Shown in pieces: positions 37,433 to 47,797 of a DNA stretch of 64,000 bases. Positions within the stretch are counted from its first letter, which is position 1, and each line of letters begins with the position of its first letter. Location: positions 23,001-87,000 of the forward strand of contig CAYMTV010000002.1 of the NCBI GenBank assembly GCA_964393525.1. Reading direction: 5' to 3'. Origin of the DNA: an uncultured Gammaproteobacteria bacterium. GTDB taxonomy: Bacteria > Patescibacteriota > Microgenomatia > Daviesbacterales > UBA10151. Under the pieces are notes generated by a model. That model saw only the letters and a program-made list of their open reading frames with translations. It had not been told where the DNA came from and made no database searches. The position numbers and the translations under genes were made by a program.

Positions 37433-38822
37433 ATTGATGAATAAAACCTACTCCCCTAAAGTCATAAGTTTCTATTTTTTTGTATCCTAGAGATTGAAGC
37501 TGTTTTTCCAATAATCTTTCAGGGTCTGTAATACCTGCTAAATACTCAAATAAGTAAATTGGATTTTTACTCATATTGATTATTTTTAAATCTTGCAGAG
37601 TTTGAGCTGGAATTCTTTCTAACCCGGGGGTAGCAATCTTAGGATCTGTCTGGTAGTAGATTACGGGTGCTGGAATTTCATTATTCTCAAATATAATTAA
37701 GGAGTTGGAATTTGCTTGCTGATTGATAAATTTAACAGCTCCTTTCCAATCCTCCCGATGAAACTTAGGGTTTAAAAGATACATCAGGCTGAAAAATGAC
37801 TGCATAACAATTAAAGCTACAAGCGCAATAATTCTAAGCTTGCCTCCCAGCCTTTCCAGACCAATTGAAACCAATAGATAAAATGCCGGAAGTATAAAAA
37901 TAAACCTGAAATAAGAAAACACCGGAACAAAAAAAGATATTAAAAAGGCCAAAAGCGGAGGCACTATTAACCACAAAAAAATGTAATCCAACTCCAAGAT
38001 CTTTTTCCTTACCTTTCCTAAAATCAACAAATAATTTATAGAGACAAACACGGAAACTAAAGCGTACAAAAACATGTTATCAAAAGACACTTTGCCAATT
38101 AAACTTTTAACCCAAAGAAGTCCGATTTCTTTTATTCGAACCCCGCCAACCACTTCTTTCCAACCTGTCAAAGAACTTGCGGTAGTAATTCCTTGGGAAA
38201 ACTGGTCTCGAAAAACCAAAATCCAGGGACTATAGATAATTAAACTTATTAAAAAAGCCTTTTGAACCTTTTGTATTTTTTGTTTTTCATGGAGCAAAAG
38301 ATAAATGATTTGAGCAGGGAACAAAAAGTAAGCTACATAATCTGAGTAAAAGACTAGGGCTGAGGATAAAATATATCCTGTTAAAAATTTCAAATCATTT
38401 TTTTTTAATAACTTGATAAAAAAATATGAAGAAAGGGATACTGCAAATGCGGCCAAGGAATAAGGCCTAGCCTCCTGGGAGTAATAAATATGCAGCGGGG
38501 CAATGGCCAAAAGCATACTCGAGAATATTCCAACTTTCTTAGAGAATTCTTTTCCACTCAGGTAAGTTATATATACTGTAGCTACCCCAAAAAAGACGGG
38601 GAGCAATCTTATAATGACTTCTGAGTTATTAAGACGCACCCAAACCCAAAGTAATGCAAACCATAAAGGCGGATGAAAATCTCCTAATGGATATTTTGTA
38701 ACAAAATCCCAAAAATTAAATCTTTGAGCATAAACCACATTTATTGCCTCATCAAACCATAAACTTTGATTTAAACTAATAACTCTGATGAAAAAAGCAA
38801 ATATTAGTATTAGAAAAATCAT
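37416..38822 (-). CDS. GT-C fold glycosyltransferase (PMT_2/ArnT-like)
   Basis: Polytopic with first-loop motif SLWFDEAINVVYA (the DE motif of GT39/GT83-type GT-C enzymes); C-terminal soluble domain. Confidence 0.6.
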   Translation of the reverse strand: MIFLILIFAFFIRVISLNQSLWFDEAINVVYAQRFNFWDFVTKYPLGDFHPPLWFALLWVWVRLNNSEVIIRLLPVFFGVATVYITYLSGKEFSKKVGIFSSMLLAIAPLHIYYSQEARPYSLAAFAVSLSSYFFIKLLKKNDLKFLTGYILSSALVFYSDYVAYFLFPAQIIYLLLHEKQKIQKVQKAFLISLIIYSPWILVFRDQFSQGITTASSLTGWKEVVGGVRIKEIGLLWVKSLIGKVSFDNMFLYALVSVFVSINYLLILGKVRKKILELDYIFLWLIVPPLLAFLISFFVPVFSYFRFIFILPAFYLLVSIGLERLGGKLRIIALVALIVMQSFFSLMYLLNPKFHREDWKGAVKFINQQANSNSLIIFENNEIPAPVIYYQTDPKIATPGLERIPAQTLQDLKIINMSKNPIYLFEYLAGITDPERLLEKQLQSLGYKKIETYDFRGVGFIHQYAKAQ

Positions 38823-38823
38823 A

Positions 38824-39975
38824 CTAAGAAATATAATAACCTCTGGAAAAAAACATTAATAGAATAAAAAGAAGTACTGGAGAGATTATGAAGTAAATTA
38901 ATTTAAATATTTTATTCTCTATTAAGCCTATGGTAATAAAAATGGGGAATAAAACAATCGTGTATCTTGGAAGGCCTGAAAAAGTACCACTTAATACCGG
39001 AATTAAAAATGCAACTAGCGAGTATATCAGGTAAGAAGTTTTTATTTTTTTCTTCCAAGCAACAACAAGCATGCAGATAACAAAGACAAAAACAGATATC
39101 TCAAGCATAGCAATCCACCACTCAAGTTGAGTTGCAGGTAAATAAAAAAATATTTTCAAATATCTAAATATGGTTTGGAAAGGAAAGACTATTGTATCAA
39201 GTGATCTGCTGTTTCCCTGCGCACCATGGGCATAGAGAAAATTTAAAAAATCTCCCCATTTAAAATATGAATATAGAGAAAAACCTATTAAACCAAAAGG
39301 CACTAAAAGAATACTGAAAAATTTATACATATTTTTTCTCATTTTAAGTAATTCATATAAAATTGCAGGGAAAATGGAGATTCCAACAAGCCTTGTACTT
39401 GTAAGTAGCATTCCAGCAAGACCTGCAAAAAACCAGTTACCTTTTTCTATAAAATAGAACACAACAAGTACTAGCATCAAAAATAGACTTTCAGAATAAA
39501 TTGAACCAAAGAAAAATGACGTCGGAAATAGAGCCATTGAAACTGTTGCTATTTTGGCAGCTTTTTCTGAATACTCCTTTTTAACTAATTTATAAAAAAA
39601 TATTAGCGCTAAGAAGAAAAATAAATTTGCCAGAATTAAACCGCTTAAAAATTGGACTTCGCTATATGCAATCTTATCTCCCAGTAACCCCGATAGAAAA
39701 TTTATTAAGATAGGGAACGAAGGAAAAAAACGACCATCAGTTGTATAGCCATTTCCTGCAATAGAAAGATAATGCACCCCATCAAAATTAGCCCATGGGT
39801 ATACTAAGTAAGATTTAATAAAAGAGTCACTACTTACAAAGTTTAAGACATTGGTAAAATCACTATTTGCCCTATATTGAATATTTTGGCTAAAAATTAA
39901 TGGGATAAAAAGAATTATTCTCCAAATAAGAAAAAATACTAAAACAAATTTGAAATCCTTCATGGATAACTTCAA
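38824..39975 (-). CDS. GT-C mannosyltransferase-like membrane protein (PIG-V / Mannosyltransf_2-like)
   Basis: YPWANFDGVHYLSIAGNGYT resembles the W-D-x-x-H-[FY]-x-x-I-A-x-x-G-Y signature of the PIG-V/GT76 family. About 10 TM helices. Confidence 0.55.
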   Translation of the reverse strand: MKLSMKDFKFVLVFFLIWRIILFIPLIFSQNIQYRANSDFTNVLNFVSSDSFIKSYLVYPWANFDGVHYLSIAGNGYTTDGRFFPSFPILINFLSGLLGDKIAYSEVQFLSGLILANLFFFLALIFFYKLVKKEYSEKAAKIATVSMALFPTSFFFGSIYSESLFLMLVLVVFYFIEKGNWFFAGLAGMLLTSTRLVGISIFPAILYELLKMRKNMYKFFSILLVPFGLIGFSLYSYFKWGDFLNFLYAHGAQGNSRSLDTIVFPFQTIFRYLKIFFYLPATQLEWWIAMLEISVFVFVICMLVVAWKKKIKTSYLIYSLVAFLIPVLSGTFSGLPRYTIVLFPIFITIGLIENKIFKLIYFIISPVLLFILLMFFSRGYYIS

Positions 39976-39976
39976 T

Positions 39977-41671
39977 TCATTCTTTTAATTCCACCTGATA
40001 TAAATTGCATACTTCAAAGCATCCTTTTTGTACCTCGGTTACCTTAAAATTTTTAAATATATCATTGTAGGAAACATGTAGATAACCTTCATTCCCAATT
40101 CCATACCTTGAGAGGTAAAGAGGATATCCTGCCTTAATTTTTTGCTCGTAAAGCGAAACTAAAGATGGGTAATTATATTGACCCCAGACTTTCTCTTTAT
40201 CCAGGTAAAATTCCTGATTAATAGATAAAGGCAGCAGACTATATTTTCCATTAGAAAAAAAGTCTATATAGTAAGGAGGTGCTGCTGATATTACAAACGG
40301 CTTTTTACCGAAATCTTTTTGATTATTGAAAAAATCATTTAGATTTCTAACTGAGATATAATTCCAGGGGGTTTCGCTGTATTTTAAATTCAGTACGATC
40401 TGATTTTTAAGCCTAATGATATTTGTTGCAAAATAAAAAATAGCTACTATGCTAAATACAAGGTAAATTAAATACCTAATCTTATGTTTTTTAACTAAGG
40501 TAAACAAAATCACAAAAAATAATCCAAATCCAGCAGTTAAGCTTGGGATAACATGATAAATATATCTGGCATCGACCGAATAAAAAGTTGATATAAAAAA
40601 AACTACACTAAATATAAAAAGGAGTAAAGCAAGGCTTATAAATCTGTAGTCTTTTTTAAACATCCCTAAAATTAATCCTAAAAGACCCAGCTTACCTACA
40701 AACGCGGGAACTATTGGAGTAAAATCCCACAAAAACCTCATTGAACTTCCATTAAGCGCACCCCAATAAGCAGTGAGATTGTCTTTAAAATAGGCTAGAG
40801 AAAACCAGGCATTTCTGGCTGTGGAAGAAGTTTGTATAGCAGATTCATTTAATTGATGATTTGGAATAATCAGTGCAAGCAAACGTAGAAGGTTAGCAAA
40901 AAGGTTTACTCCTTTAATCAAATATTCATACAAAGAAAGTAGTCCCACAAAGATAAATAAAGAGCCAAAAAAAATGCCATAAGTTTTCACTTTTAAAGAT
41001 CTCTTTTTAATTTCAAACCAAATTTTTAAACTATATAAAAAAGCTGATATGAATACCAAAGGGATACTGGCATATTTGGTTGCATAAAACCCGACAGTTA
41101 CAAAAGCAAAAATTATTAAAGTTTTTGCTGATACCTTGGAGGTAAGTAAAAAGAGTGAGAGGTTAAACAAAAATAAAAACAGTGTTTCTGCCATTGCCAG
41201 ATTAGGAAACCAATATATAAAGTAATTTGAAACGTATAAAAATAAACCAAACCCCAGGATAAAAGGATTTTTACTAATTTTTTTCAAAAACAGATAAAAA
41301 AGAAAAAGTGCTCCTAAACTTAAAGCTATGTTAATAAAATAGAATACCCTTGGGTCTTCTCGGTTTATAAGAAGTATTGGTAAAAGGCTCACCGAATATA
41401 GCGGAGGAACCCTGGGATTTATCTTTCTGTCTTCTCTTTGAAGGTACATCCCCTTCCCTTCTAAAAAGTTTATTGCCGGATTTATATAATGAAGGGTATC
41501 GGGGTATGGTTCTAAATTGGAAATCAAGTTTCTTTCTGAAAAAGGATTTTTTAAAAGTAACAATCCTAACAAAAACAGACTTCCTATAAATATTATTAGT
41601 GGATATCTTCTTGTAAAAAAATCTTTATACATACTACAATAGTGTGTACAATTTAATGCAAAAACTATCAA
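39977..41671 (-). CDS. GT-C-like polytopic membrane protein with a C-terminal soluble domain
   Basis: About 11 TM helices; first loop EPYPDTLHYINPAINFLEGKG (acidic/aromatic loop). C-terminal ~130 aa is soluble. The true start is possibly the internal Met at ~41632. Confidence 0.45.
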   Translation of the reverse strand: MIVFALNCTHYCSMYKDFFTRRYPLIIFIGSLFLLGLLLLKNPFSERNLISNLEPYPDTLHYINPAINFLEGKGMYLQREDRKINPRVPPLYSVSLLPILLINREDPRVFYFINIALSLGALFLFYLFLKKISKNPFILGFGLFLYVSNYFIYWFPNLAMAETLFLFLFNLSLFLLTSKVSAKTLIIFAFVTVGFYATKYASIPLVFISAFLYSLKIWFEIKKRSLKVKTYGIFFGSLFIFVGLLSLYEYLIKGVNLFANLLRLLALIIPNHQLNESAIQTSSTARNAWFSLAYFKDNLTAYWGALNGSSMRFLWDFTPIVPAFVGKLGLLGLILGMFKKDYRFISLALLLFIFSVVFFISTFYSVDARYIYHVIPSLTAGFGLFFVILFTLVKKHKIRYLIYLVFSIVAIFYFATNIIRLKNQIVLNLKYSETPWNYISVRNLNDFFNNQKDFGKKPFVISAAPPYYIDFFSNGKYSLLPLSINQEFYLDKEKVWGQYNYPSLVSLYEQKIKAGYPLYLSRYGIGNEGYLHVSYNDIFKNFKVTEVQKGCFEVCNLYQVELKE

Positions 41672-42381
41672 TTATTATACCTGTTTATAACGAAGAAATG
41701 TTGATTGGCAAAACAATCAGTTCTGTAGCCTCTGCAGATTCTCTTAATATGGTTAAAGAAATTATAGTGGTTGATGATGGCTCGGTTGATAAGACCAAAG
41801 AGGTAACAGAATCATCGATAAAAGATCATAAAAAAGAGAAGTCTTTAATATTCAAAACAATCTTCAGGCCGGAAAATTCCGGTAAAGGCGCCAGTGTTAA
41901 AGAGGGTATACTTGCATCCACCGGAGACATCATCATAATCCAAGATGCTGATTTAGAGTACAATCCGGAAGATTACCCATTACTTCTGGAACCCTTCATA
42001 AGAAATCAGGCCGATGTGGTTTATGGATCAAGATTCATCTCTAATAGACCACACCGCGTTTTATATTTTTGGCATTATGTAATCAATATGGCTTTAACAA
42101 CTTTTTCCAATATGTTAACCAACTTAAACTTAACCGATATGGAAACAGGTTATAAAGCCTTTAAAGGGGAGCTTATTCGGAAAATTTCCAAGGATTTGGA
42201 GAGTAAAAGGTTTGGCTTTGAACCTGAAGTTACGGCAAGATTGGCAAAAATTAAAGGCATTAAGTTCTTTGAAGTTGGAATTTCTTATAGTGGTAGAACT
42301 TACGAGGAGGGTAAAAAAATTGGTTGGGTGGATGGGATGAGGGCCATATGGGAGATAATTAAATTCAATTTGTTTGCTTAA
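41644..42381 (+). CDS. Polyprenol-phosphate glycosyltransferase (GT2, DPM1/GtrB/ArnC-like)
   Basis: LSIIIPVYNEE...VVDDGSVDKT; DADLEYNPED (DxD motif); ~240 aa soluble GT-A of the Dpm1 type. Confidence 0.8.
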   Translation: MYNLMQKLSIIIPVYNEEMLIGKTISSVASADSLNMVKEIIVVDDGSVDKTKEVTESSIKDHKKEKSLIFKTIFRPENSGKGASVKEGILASTGDIIIIQDADLEYNPEDYPLLLEPFIRNQADVVYGSRFISNRPHRVLYFWHYVINMALTTFSNMLTNLNLTDMETGYKAFKGELIRKISKDLESKRFGFEPEVTARLAKIKGIKFFEVGISYSGRTYEEGKKIGWVDGMRAIWEIIKFNLFA

Positions 42382-44153
42382 CTATCCTTAAAAACTTCAA
42401 CCAGCAAAAACTCTTCATCATTAAAAAGTACTTTTACTTGTGAATTTTTCATTATCCACTGGCTGATTAATGTAGCTTTATCTTCATATAAATGACCTTT
42501 ATTAAGCTTAAAGAATTTGACATTTTTATTGTTTAAAAGTTGCCAAAAAACTTCCGGGTCATTTTTTTCAATTGCAGTAAAAAGCTGATTTTCGTATTCT
42601 TCATATTCTCTAGGAATATACCCGCTATACCCATTCACCATTAGGCATTTATGTTTGATGGAAGCCAGCTGAAATTGAGTTCGATAGGTGAGGTTCTCTA
42701 TAACATTATTAGGGGTAATGAACCTTGACATTGGGTACTCTAAAAGTACATGCCCTCCGGCTGCGCAACTTTGCTCGATTGTTTTATAAACTGTAGGATA
42801 GAACTCTTTTTTTCCAGTCAGCTTGTTAACCGGAGCAATTTCCATTAAAAATAGACTCGCAAAAACAGCCACCAATATTAACCCTTTCTTGCTTTTAATT
42901 CCCAGTTTTTTTATTCTGCGAAGCAGAAGTAACTTGTTCATTCCCAGTAAAGCAAAGTAATTTAACCCTAAAAATAAAAGCCACATCCATCTGGCGTTTG
43001 CACGGATAGGCTCAACAAGGGGAACAAACTTTAGGATTAAATAATATGGAAGCGGGATAACTAAATAAGTGCCGTTGACGCTTAATCTCGGTCCTAATGA
43101 AAATAAAAACCCAACGATAATCAGAATAATAAAATAAAAGTTATAAAACGATAAATTAAAACTTAGGGATGAAGCTTTTTTCTCTTTGGTAATATTCAGC
43201 ATGCCCAGTAAGGCTAGAGAGAGTAAAATCACCCCGGGAAAAGCTCCTGATTCGCCAACCGTATGTCTGTTAAAACTATTCCATAAACTCATTATTTTGG
43301 AGGTTGAAGCAATACTGTTAAAGTGGGTCGTAAACAAATAATCAGTTAAATGGGCAGAATATGTAATATACTCACTTGGATCACGGACAATTCCATAATA
43401 CTTCTTTATCTCAATATACTTTAGTAGAAAGGGGCCTGAAAAAACGATAAAGGTAATTAAAACGAGAGCTCCATGAATAAAAATTTTCCAAATTCCTTTT
43501 CTCTGCAAATATTGGCTTACTATCCTAAGCGTATACCAAATACTTACAGCAATTAGCATAAATACACAAATGTATACGCTTGATAGAAATTCAAGCGAAA
43601 TCATTAAACCAATGATTAAAGCATTTTTTATGGAGAATTTTTCTTTAAACAAAAAATATAAGCCAAATAAAAATGGCCACAGGTTAATAATCTGAAAATG
43701 ATTGAACTCCATAAAAAAGTAGGGAGAGAATGCTGTTATTAGTGTTCCGAAAAAGACTAAAAGCCTATCAGAAAAAAATACTCTCCAAAGTAACCAACTT
43801 GCCCAAATATTTAAAAAGATTGTCGTAATAAACACTAAATTAAAAACTAATATTTGGTTTGATGAAAAAAGGTTAAAGATAAACCCTAAGGCTGATGCTG
43901 GCAAAAGCAGGTCAGAAAATAACATGGTTCCCTCTAAAGGATAGAAAATATTTGAATTAAAGAAACTACTAAATTGGAGTTTGCTTACATGATCGATGTT
44001 TTGATAGATTATCCAAACCATTAAAGGATAATCCAACCAATCTATTAGATTAGTACTAATATTAAATAGCAATGATCGAAATATAATGGCTGTTAAAACT
44101 ATAAGTAACAAAATGATCGAAATAATTCTCAAATGTTTTTTTAAGTAAAGCAT
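42378..44153 (-). CDS. Large polytopic membrane protein with a C-terminal soluble domain. It is a paralog of 47798-49579. Putative GT-C/YfhO-like.
   Basis: 591 aa. The N-terminal loop DWLDYPLMVWIIYQNIDH...YPLEG parallels SWYDELFIIWIYQNNTRH...YPFKY in the 47798 paralog. About 12 TM helices followed by a ~150 aa soluble tail. Confidence 0.4.
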   Translation of the reverse strand: MLYLKKHLRIISIILLLIVLTAIIFRSLLFNISTNLIDWLDYPLMVWIIYQNIDHVSKLQFSSFFNSNIFYPLEGTMLFSDLLLPASALGFIFNLFSSNQILVFNLVFITTIFLNIWASWLLWRVFFSDRLLVFFGTLITAFSPYFFMEFNHFQIINLWPFLFGLYFLFKEKFSIKNALIIGLMISLEFLSSVYICVFMLIAVSIWYTLRIVSQYLQRKGIWKIFIHGALVLITFIVFSGPFLLKYIEIKKYYGIVRDPSEYITYSAHLTDYLFTTHFNSIASTSKIMSLWNSFNRHTVGESGAFPGVILLSLALLGMLNITKEKKASSLSFNLSFYNFYFIILIIVGFLFSLGPRLSVNGTYLVIPLPYYLILKFVPLVEPIRANARWMWLLFLGLNYFALLGMNKLLLLRRIKKLGIKSKKGLILVAVFASLFLMEIAPVNKLTGKKEFYPTVYKTIEQSCAAGGHVLLEYPMSRFITPNNVIENLTYRTQFQLASIKHKCLMVNGYSGYIPREYEEYENQLFTAIEKNDPEVFWQLLNNKNVKFFKLNKGHLYEDKATLISQWIMKNSQVKVLFNDEEFLLVEVFKDS

Positions 44154-44196
44154 CTTAATCTATTCTATTCTATACCCATATCCCTTTTAAGAAAAT

Positions 44197-45225
44197 ATGT
44201 ATAATATAAAATTTATGAAGGATATTTCTTTAGCTATCATTGGACTGGGATATTGGGGACCAAATTATGCAAGGGTCATTAGTCAACTTGAAGATGTGAA
44301 GTTGAAATGGTGTTGTGATATTAATAAATTGGCGCTTTCCAAATTTTCCAAATTCTATCCACAAGTTCAAATCACAGATAATATTGAAACACTCGTCAAT
44401 GACAAAGAATTAGACGCGGTAATAATTGTTACCCCTGCTCAAAATCATTTTGAAATTGCCAAAAAACTCCTCTTAGGCGGTAAGGATATTATAGTAGAGA
44501 AACCCTTAACCAATAACCTGGATGAGTCAAAACAGCTGGTAAAGCTGGCGGCAGAAAAGAAGAAAATTATAATGGTCGATCACACTTTTGTATTTAACAC
44601 GGCCATAAAAAAACTTAAGGAATTAATCGCTGATGGCGAGCTGGGTAAGATTTATTACATTTACGGCAATTATAATGCCCTGGGTCCTATCAGAAGAGAT
44701 GTTTCGGCTATGTGGGACTTACCCCACTTTATATATGTAGTAAACTTCCTACTTGGGAGTATCCCACTTTGGGTTTCTGCCTCCGGAAAGGATTATTTGC
44801 AAAAAGGTATGGAAGATGTGGTTTTTTTAAACTTTGAATATCCTGGTAATGTTTTATTTAACCTCAACTGTTCCTGGATTGACCCGGTAAAAGTAAGGAG
44901 ACTGGTAATTGTTGGAGAAAGAAGGATGGTAGTATTTGATGATATGGAGCCAGAAGAAAAAATTAAAATCTATGATAAAGGGGTTGAGATTTCATCTGAT
45001 CCCAACTTTGCTAATTTGCAACTAGTTGTCAGAAATGGTAATACAGTAATTCCTAAACTTGAACTAAAAGAACCCTTAAAAGAAGTTGTTTTAGAGTTCA
45101 TAAAATCAATTAAACTACGCTCTAGTAATTTTTCAAATGGATTAGATGGCTTAAATTTGGTACAAGTTTTGAAAAGTGCCCAGCAGTCACTTAATAAAGG
45201 TGGAAAAAGAATATCAATTAGATGA
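44197..45225 (+). CDS. Gfo/Idh/MocA-family NAD(P)-dependent sugar-nucleotide oxidoreductase (WbpB/GnnA-like)
   Basis: Rossmann N-terminus ISLAIIGLGYWGPNYARVI; EKPL motif (IIVEKPLTNN). Confidence 0.8.
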   Translation: MYNIKFMKDISLAIIGLGYWGPNYARVISQLEDVKLKWCCDINKLALSKFSKFYPQVQITDNIETLVNDKELDAVIIVTPAQNHFEIAKKLLLGGKDIIVEKPLTNNLDESKQLVKLAAEKKKIIMVDHTFVFNTAIKKLKELIADGELGKIYYIYGNYNALGPIRRDVSAMWDLPHFIYVVNFLLGSIPLWVSASGKDYLQKGMEDVVFLNFEYPGNVLFNLNCSWIDPVKVRRLVIVGERRMVVFDDMEPEEKIKIYDKGVEISSDPNFANLQLVVRNGNTVIPKLELKEPLKEVVLEFIKSIKLRSSNFSNGLDGLNLVQVLKSAQQSLNKGGKRISIR

Positions 45226-45902
45226 GTAAGAAAATTTTTAAAAATGTTATTTTGGGGAAAAATGTCACTTTAGAAGATGGAGTCGTGATTGGCCTTCCTC
45301 CATTTGGAAAAAAAGATGGAGAAATAAAAACAATTATCGGTGATAATGCTTTTATCCGTGCCAATACAGTAATTTATGGCGGTGTAAAAATTGGGAATAA
45401 TTTTCAAACTGGACCTGGGGTTTTAATTAGGGAAAACAACATAATAGGGAACAATGTTGTTGTCTGGCATAGTGCGACTTTAAACCCCAATAATAAGATT
45501 GGCGAAAACTGCCGAATTCATGCTGGTTGTTTTTTAGAAATGACCACTTTGGGTAAAAATGTTTTTTTAGGTCCTAATGTGACTTTTACCGATGATCCTC
45601 ATCCAATAATTCCGATTGATTACAGAGGGTGTTGGGGAGGAGCTATAGTTGGTGATGGGGCTGTGATTGGTGGCGGGGCAACTATACTTCCGCATGTGGT
45701 AATTGGTAAACAAGCAGTTGTCGGAGCAGGGTCCGTTGTAGTTGAAAATATACCAGATAAAAAGATTGCTGTTGGAAACCCAGCTCATGTAATTTACGAC
45801 GTTGAAGATGTAATTTGTAAACGGCCGGGTAAAGTCCATTTTCCATATAAGCGAAGCTTGAAATTTTCGCTACGCTCAAATTTTAAAGGCAGAAAAGTAT
45901 GA
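45222..45902 (+). CDS. Hexapeptide-repeat N-acetyltransferase (WbpD-like)
   Basis: Left-handed beta-helix repeats (IGDNAFIRANTVIYGGVKIGNN...IGENCRIHAGCFL...VGDGAVIGGGATILPHVVIGKQAVVGAGSVV). Confidence 0.75.
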   Translation: MSKKIFKNVILGKNVTLEDGVVIGLPPFGKKDGEIKTIIGDNAFIRANTVIYGGVKIGNNFQTGPGVLIRENNIIGNNVVVWHSATLNPNNKIGENCRIHAGCFLEMTTLGKNVFLGPNVTFTDDPHPIIPIDYRGCWGGAIVGDGAVIGGGATILPHVVIGKQAVVGAGSVVVENIPDKKIAVGNPAHVIYDVEDVICKRPGKVHFPYKRSLKFSLRSNFKGRKV

Positions 45903-47065
45903 AAAGTATTCCCCTGGTTGATTTAAAAGCTCAGTATAAAACAATCAAACCAAAGATACATTTAGCGATTAAGAAGGTACTCGATTCATCTTATTTTATA
46001 TTGGGTGATGAAGTTTGGGATTTTGAAAAGAAATTCGCCGAGTATTCTGAAGTAAAATATGCCATTGGTGTAGCCTCGGGGTTAGATGCTTTGGAATTAG
46101 GAATGAGAGCATTAGGGATAGGTGTTGGTGATGAAGTTATAACACCTGCCAACAGTTTTATTGCCTCTAGCTCTGCTATATCTTTTACAGGTGCAACACC
46201 AATATTAGTTGATTGTGAAGAAAACACCTTCAATATAGACCCAGCCAGAATTGAAGAAAAGATAACCAAAAAGACAAAAGCTATTATGCCAGTTCATCTT
46301 TATGGAAGGCCTGCAGATATGGACCAAACTCTAAAGATTGCAAAGAAACATAACTTAATGGTTATTGAAGACGCTTGCCAGGCCCATGGTGCAAGATATA
46401 AAGGAAAACGGGTTGGTTCATTCGGAAATTTTGGAGCTTTTTCTTTTTATCCGGGAAAAAATCTGGGCGCTTATGGAGATGGAGGAATTATTACTACAAA
46501 CAATAAAACGCTTGCCGATACTGTAGCCAAAATGCGCAACTATGGCCAGGCTCAAAAGTACCATCATGATTATCTTGCCTGGAATAGCAGGCTTGATACA
46601 ATCCAAGCCGCAATACTTTTGATTAAATTAAAAAAACTTGATAAATGGAATGGCGGGAGGCGGGAAATTGCTCAAGAATATAACAGGTTACTAAAGAATC
46701 TGCCCATTATTGTACCCGAGATTCCAAAAAACATCGATCATATCTTCCACCTTTATGTAATAAGAACCAAAAATCGTGATGATTTGGCAAAGTATTTAAA
46801 CCAAAAAGGTATCGCAACCGGTTTACATTATCCTATCCCGATCCATTTGCAAAAAGCCTATCAAGACTTAGGTTATAAAAAAGGTGATTTTCCGGTTAGT
46901 GAAAAGCTGGCTGAGGAAATTCTTACCTTGCCAATTTATCCTGAACTTAAAGATTCGGAAGTTGAATATATTGCCATAAGTATAAGACAGTTTTTTAAAT
47001 TTACTAGTTCTTTAAACCCAGTTTTAACAAAAACAGGGGGCGCGCCATTTTCCACCAGTCGATAA
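45899..47065 (+). CDS. DegT/DnrJ/EryC1/StrS-family PLP-dependent sugar aminotransferase (WbpE/GnnB-like)
   Basis: IPLVDLKAQYKTIKPKI...; AIGVASGLDALELG; SFYPGKNLGAYGDGG (Lys-containing PLP region). Confidence 0.85.
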   Translation: MKSIPLVDLKAQYKTIKPKIHLAIKKVLDSSYFILGDEVWDFEKKFAEYSEVKYAIGVASGLDALELGMRALGIGVGDEVITPANSFIASSSAISFTGATPILVDCEENTFNIDPARIEEKITKKTKAIMPVHLYGRPADMDQTLKIAKKHNLMVIEDACQAHGARYKGKRVGSFGNFGAFSFYPGKNLGAYGDGGIITTNNKTLADTVAKMRNYGQAQKYHHDYLAWNSRLDTIQAAILLIKLKKLDKWNGGRREIAQEYNRLLKNLPIIVPEIPKNIDHIFHLYVIRTKNRDDLAKYLNQKGIATGLHYPIPIHLQKAYQDLGYKKGDFPVSEKLAEEILTLPIYPELKDSEVEYIAISIRQFFKFTSSLNPVLTKTGGAPFSTSR

Positions 47066-47753
47066 CAGGCCTTATTTTTGAATATTTTCTAATACCGGGC
47101 AGATAATCTTTTGATACCGGAACCTCCAGTACTTTATATCCTAGCGTCAACACTTTGTAATGAAGGTAAGTTTCTAACTCATATCTGTCAAGCCAATCCT
47201 GAAAGACATTGATTCTTTTATCTTTAAATAACGATAATTTATATGCCCTGAAACCATTTGATGAATCTGTTGATTTAAATCCCGTTAAAAGATAAACCAT
47301 AAATGTAAATCCTTTAATTAATGTCTTCCTTAATAACGGCAAATTTTTAAAGGATCCTCCTGCCAAAAATCTTGAACCTTGGACATAGTCGAAATTTTCT
47401 TTCAAAATAGGCTTCAAAAGAACTGGTATCTCTAAAGGATTATCTTTTCCATTACCGGCCATAATAACGCAGACATCAAACCGATTTTTTAAACCATAAT
47501 TAATGACTCTTCTAATTGCAGCTCCTACTCCTATATTTTTTGGGCTATTTAATAGCAGGACATTTTTTAGTTTTGATCTTTTTAAAAAATTCTTAATTAT
47601 CTTTTTTGTGTCATCCGTAGATCCATCGTTAACAAACAGTACTTTTACATGAATTTTAAGCTTAAGATTTTCAATTCTGGAGAACAGGTCAGTTATGTTT
47701 TGGGATTCATTATAAAATACAATCCCAATAACGATTTTGGTCTTTATTCTCAT
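47004..47753 (-). CDS. GT2-family glycosyltransferase, Dpm1-like (second polyprenol-phosphate sugar synthase candidate)
   Basis: KIVIGIVFYNESQNI...VNDGSTDDT; ~250 aa soluble GT-A. Confidence 0.7.
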   Translation of the reverse strand: MRIKTKIVIGIVFYNESQNITDLFSRIENLKLKIHVKVLFVNDGSTDDTKKIIKNFLKRSKLKNVLLLNSPKNIGVGAAIRRVINYGLKNRFDVCVIMAGNGKDNPLEIPVLLKPILKENFDYVQGSRFLAGGSFKNLPLLRKTLIKGFTFMVYLLTGFKSTDSSNGFRAYKLSLFKDKRINVFQDWLDRYELETYLHYKVLTLGYKVLEVPVSKDYLPGIRKYSKIRPVIDWWKMARPLFLLKLGLKN

Positions 47754-47797
47754 GATATAATCCGAGTGCAGCTAAATTCTAAGCTTTTGTTTCTTAA

